Part shown: piece by piece, positions 62,955 through 64,000 of the stretch
How positions within the stretch are numbered: position 1 is the first letter of the stretch
How the letters are laid out: every line of letters starts with the position of its first letter
NCBI GenBank assembly: GCA_016195265.1
Contig: JACPZW010000073.1
Span: 4,798 to 68,797, forward strand
Direction of reading: 5' to 3'
DNA: 64,000 nucleotides
DNA from: Acidobacteriota bacterium
GTDB taxonomy: Bacteria; Acidobacteriota; Vicinamibacteria; Vicinamibacterales; CAVVIG01
Made by a program: the position numbers and the translations under genes
The notes under the pieces: generated by a model
Databases searched by the model: none
What the model was told of the DNA's origin: nothing
What the model saw: the letters and a program-made list of their open reading frames with translations, nothing else

Positions 62955-63731
62955 TCACGCTTTCCCCCCGAGCGCGGTACTGGCCGGAATGCGCACCTGC
63001 ACCTGCCGTCCCAATTGCGATCGCCGCGTCCGCGTCAGCCCCCACAGGAACCACCGCATGTACTCGCCGGTCCACGGGCCGAGACGGAACGTCGACTGCC
63101 CGCCGTACAGCCGATCGATCGACACGATCGGCACCTCGCCGAGCGACATTCCCAGCAACTGCGCCTTGATCGACATCTCGAACGCGACGGCCCAGCCAAT
63201 CGGCCGCGACTCCAGATGGAAGCGGTCGAACTGATCGCGCCGGAACATCTTGATGCCCGTCGTGCAGTCGGTCATCAGCGATCCGGCCAGCCAGCGGAAC
63301 AACCGGTTCGCGATGCGCGACAGAATCCCGCCGACGAGCGACCCGCCCAGACGCCGCCCGCCGTGCGCGTAGCGCGTGCAGCTGACGAACTCGCAGCCCT
63401 GGTCCATCAGCGCCAGCATGTCCTCGATCGCCAGCACGGGTCCGACTTCATCGGCGGCGAAGATCAGGACATAGCGCCCGGCCGCCGCCGCGACGCCGGC
63501 GCGAATGGCGTTCACGACGCCCCGCCCCAGCGTGTTGTGTACGGCGCGTACCGGCTGGCCCGGCGGCAGTCCCGCGACGACGCGCACGCTGTCATCGTCA
63601 GGCGTGTCGTGGACGATGACGACTTCGTACGGCACGTCGACGACGGCGCGCAGCATCTTGAGCATGATGCGCAGGTTGATGCCCTCGTTGCGGACCGGCA
63701 TCAGCACCGTGAGGATCAGATCGCTCGCCAT
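62955..63731 (-). CDS. GT2, dolichyl/polyprenyl-phosphate sugar synthase-like
   Basis: LTVLMPVRNEGINL...VIVHDTPDDDS...FAADEVGP...MTDCTTGIKMF. Confidence 0.75.
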   Translation of the reverse strand: MASDLILTVLMPVRNEGINLRIMLKMLRAVVDVPYEVVIVHDTPDDDSVRVVAGLPPGQPVRAVHNTLGRGVVNAIRAGVAAAAGRYVLIFAADEVGPVLAIEDMLALMDQGCEFVSCTRYAHGGRRLGGSLVGGILSRIANRLFRWLAGSLMTDCTTGIKMFRRDQFDRFHLESRPIGWAVAFEMSIKAQLLGMSLGEVPIVSIDRLYGGQSTFRLGPWTGEYMRWFLWGLTRTRRSQLGRQVQVRIPASTALGGKA

Positions 63732-63735
63732 CGGC

Positions 63736-64000
63736 TCAGTTCGCGCTCTTCAGGAATTCGCGCACCGCCGCCACCACGCACTCGACGTCCTGGTCGGTCA
63801 GCGTGAACGCCGACGGCAGCCACAGCGCGCGCGGGCCGGCCCACATCGCGCCAGGGAATCGATCGTCCGGCTGCCGGTACGGCGCCTGCGTGTGCAGCGG
63901 AAACCAGAACCGCCGGCAGTGCATCCGCCGCGCTGCGAGAAACCGATCGAGCGCGTCGCGCCGCTCGACGATCGCGTCCGTCCACAGCGGCGCTTCGCCG
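63736..64000 (-). CDS. C-terminal end of a DegT/DnrJ-type aminotransferase (5' part outside window)
   Basis: Minus-strand frame open to the window edge. Terminal ...FPLHTQAPYRQ...LWLPSAFTLTDQDVECVVAAVREFLKSAN is typical of the family's C-terminus. Confidence 0.55.
   Translation of the reverse strand, partial: GEAPLWTDAIVERRDALDRFLAARRMHCRRFWFPLHTQAPYRQPDDRFPGAMWAGPRALWLPSAFTLTDQDVECVVAAVREFLKSAN

Noticed and set aside
1-64000. A mobile genetic island, phage, defence system or toxin-antitoxin content.
   Set aside because: I found no integrase, transposase, recombinase, nuclease/helicase-type defence gene, tRNA attachment site or phage structural gene. Every confidently assigned gene is glycan-related apart from nadE and the NUDIX hydrolase.

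Overview
This is very GC-rich bacterial chromosomal DNA, almost entirely filled by one giant cell-envelope glycan (O-antigen/EPS/capsule-type) biosynthesis super-locus. I call 58 protein-coding genes. I see no rRNA, tRNA, CRISPR, integrase or transposase.

Layout: the 45 CDS between 1 and 49852 are all on the minus strand. Most are joined by ATGA / GTGA / TGATG stop-start overlaps. A 263-bp AT-rich gap follows, then one more minus-strand GT2 gene, a divergent 6-gene plus-strand block (50953-57937), and 6 convergent minus-strand genes to the window end.

Content:
- Export: a Wzm/Wzt ABC transporter.
- Nucleotide-sugar pathways: WbpB/WbpD/WbpE-like 3-acetamido-sugar genes, a nucleotide-sugar dehydrogenase, several SDR epimerases/reductases, a phosphate-route nonulosonic/ulosonic-acid cassette (NeuB, HAD phosphatase, cytidylyltransferase, plus an extra ALDH and SDR), and two tandem sugar C-methyltransferases.
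- Transferases: GT2/GT4 enzymes, four polyprenyl-phosphate-sugar-synthase-like GT2s, and up to nine GT-C-type polytopic membrane proteins.
- Decorating enzymes: a NodU/CmcH carbamoyltransferase with SxtJ/SxtK-like small membrane proteins, methyltransferases, GNAT/LbH/FemAB-like acyltransferases, and three membrane-anchored SGNH-like proteins.

Most unusual observations:
1. Four diverged copies of a two-component module: an unrecognised polytopic membrane protein plus a single-pass Ig-like (DUF4330-like) partner. One copy is a natural in-frame fusion, and it also carries a homopolymer frameshift.
2. A family of 120-340 bp structured palindromic intergenic elements with a four-way-junction core that shows compensatory changes between copies.
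3. Dense REP-type hairpin arrays and heptanucleotide microsatellites sit exactly on gene junctions. Some are translated as C-terminal tails, and one lies as an in-frame insertion inside a membrane-protein gene.

All functional calls are motif-based readings of the supplied translations. No database search was possible.
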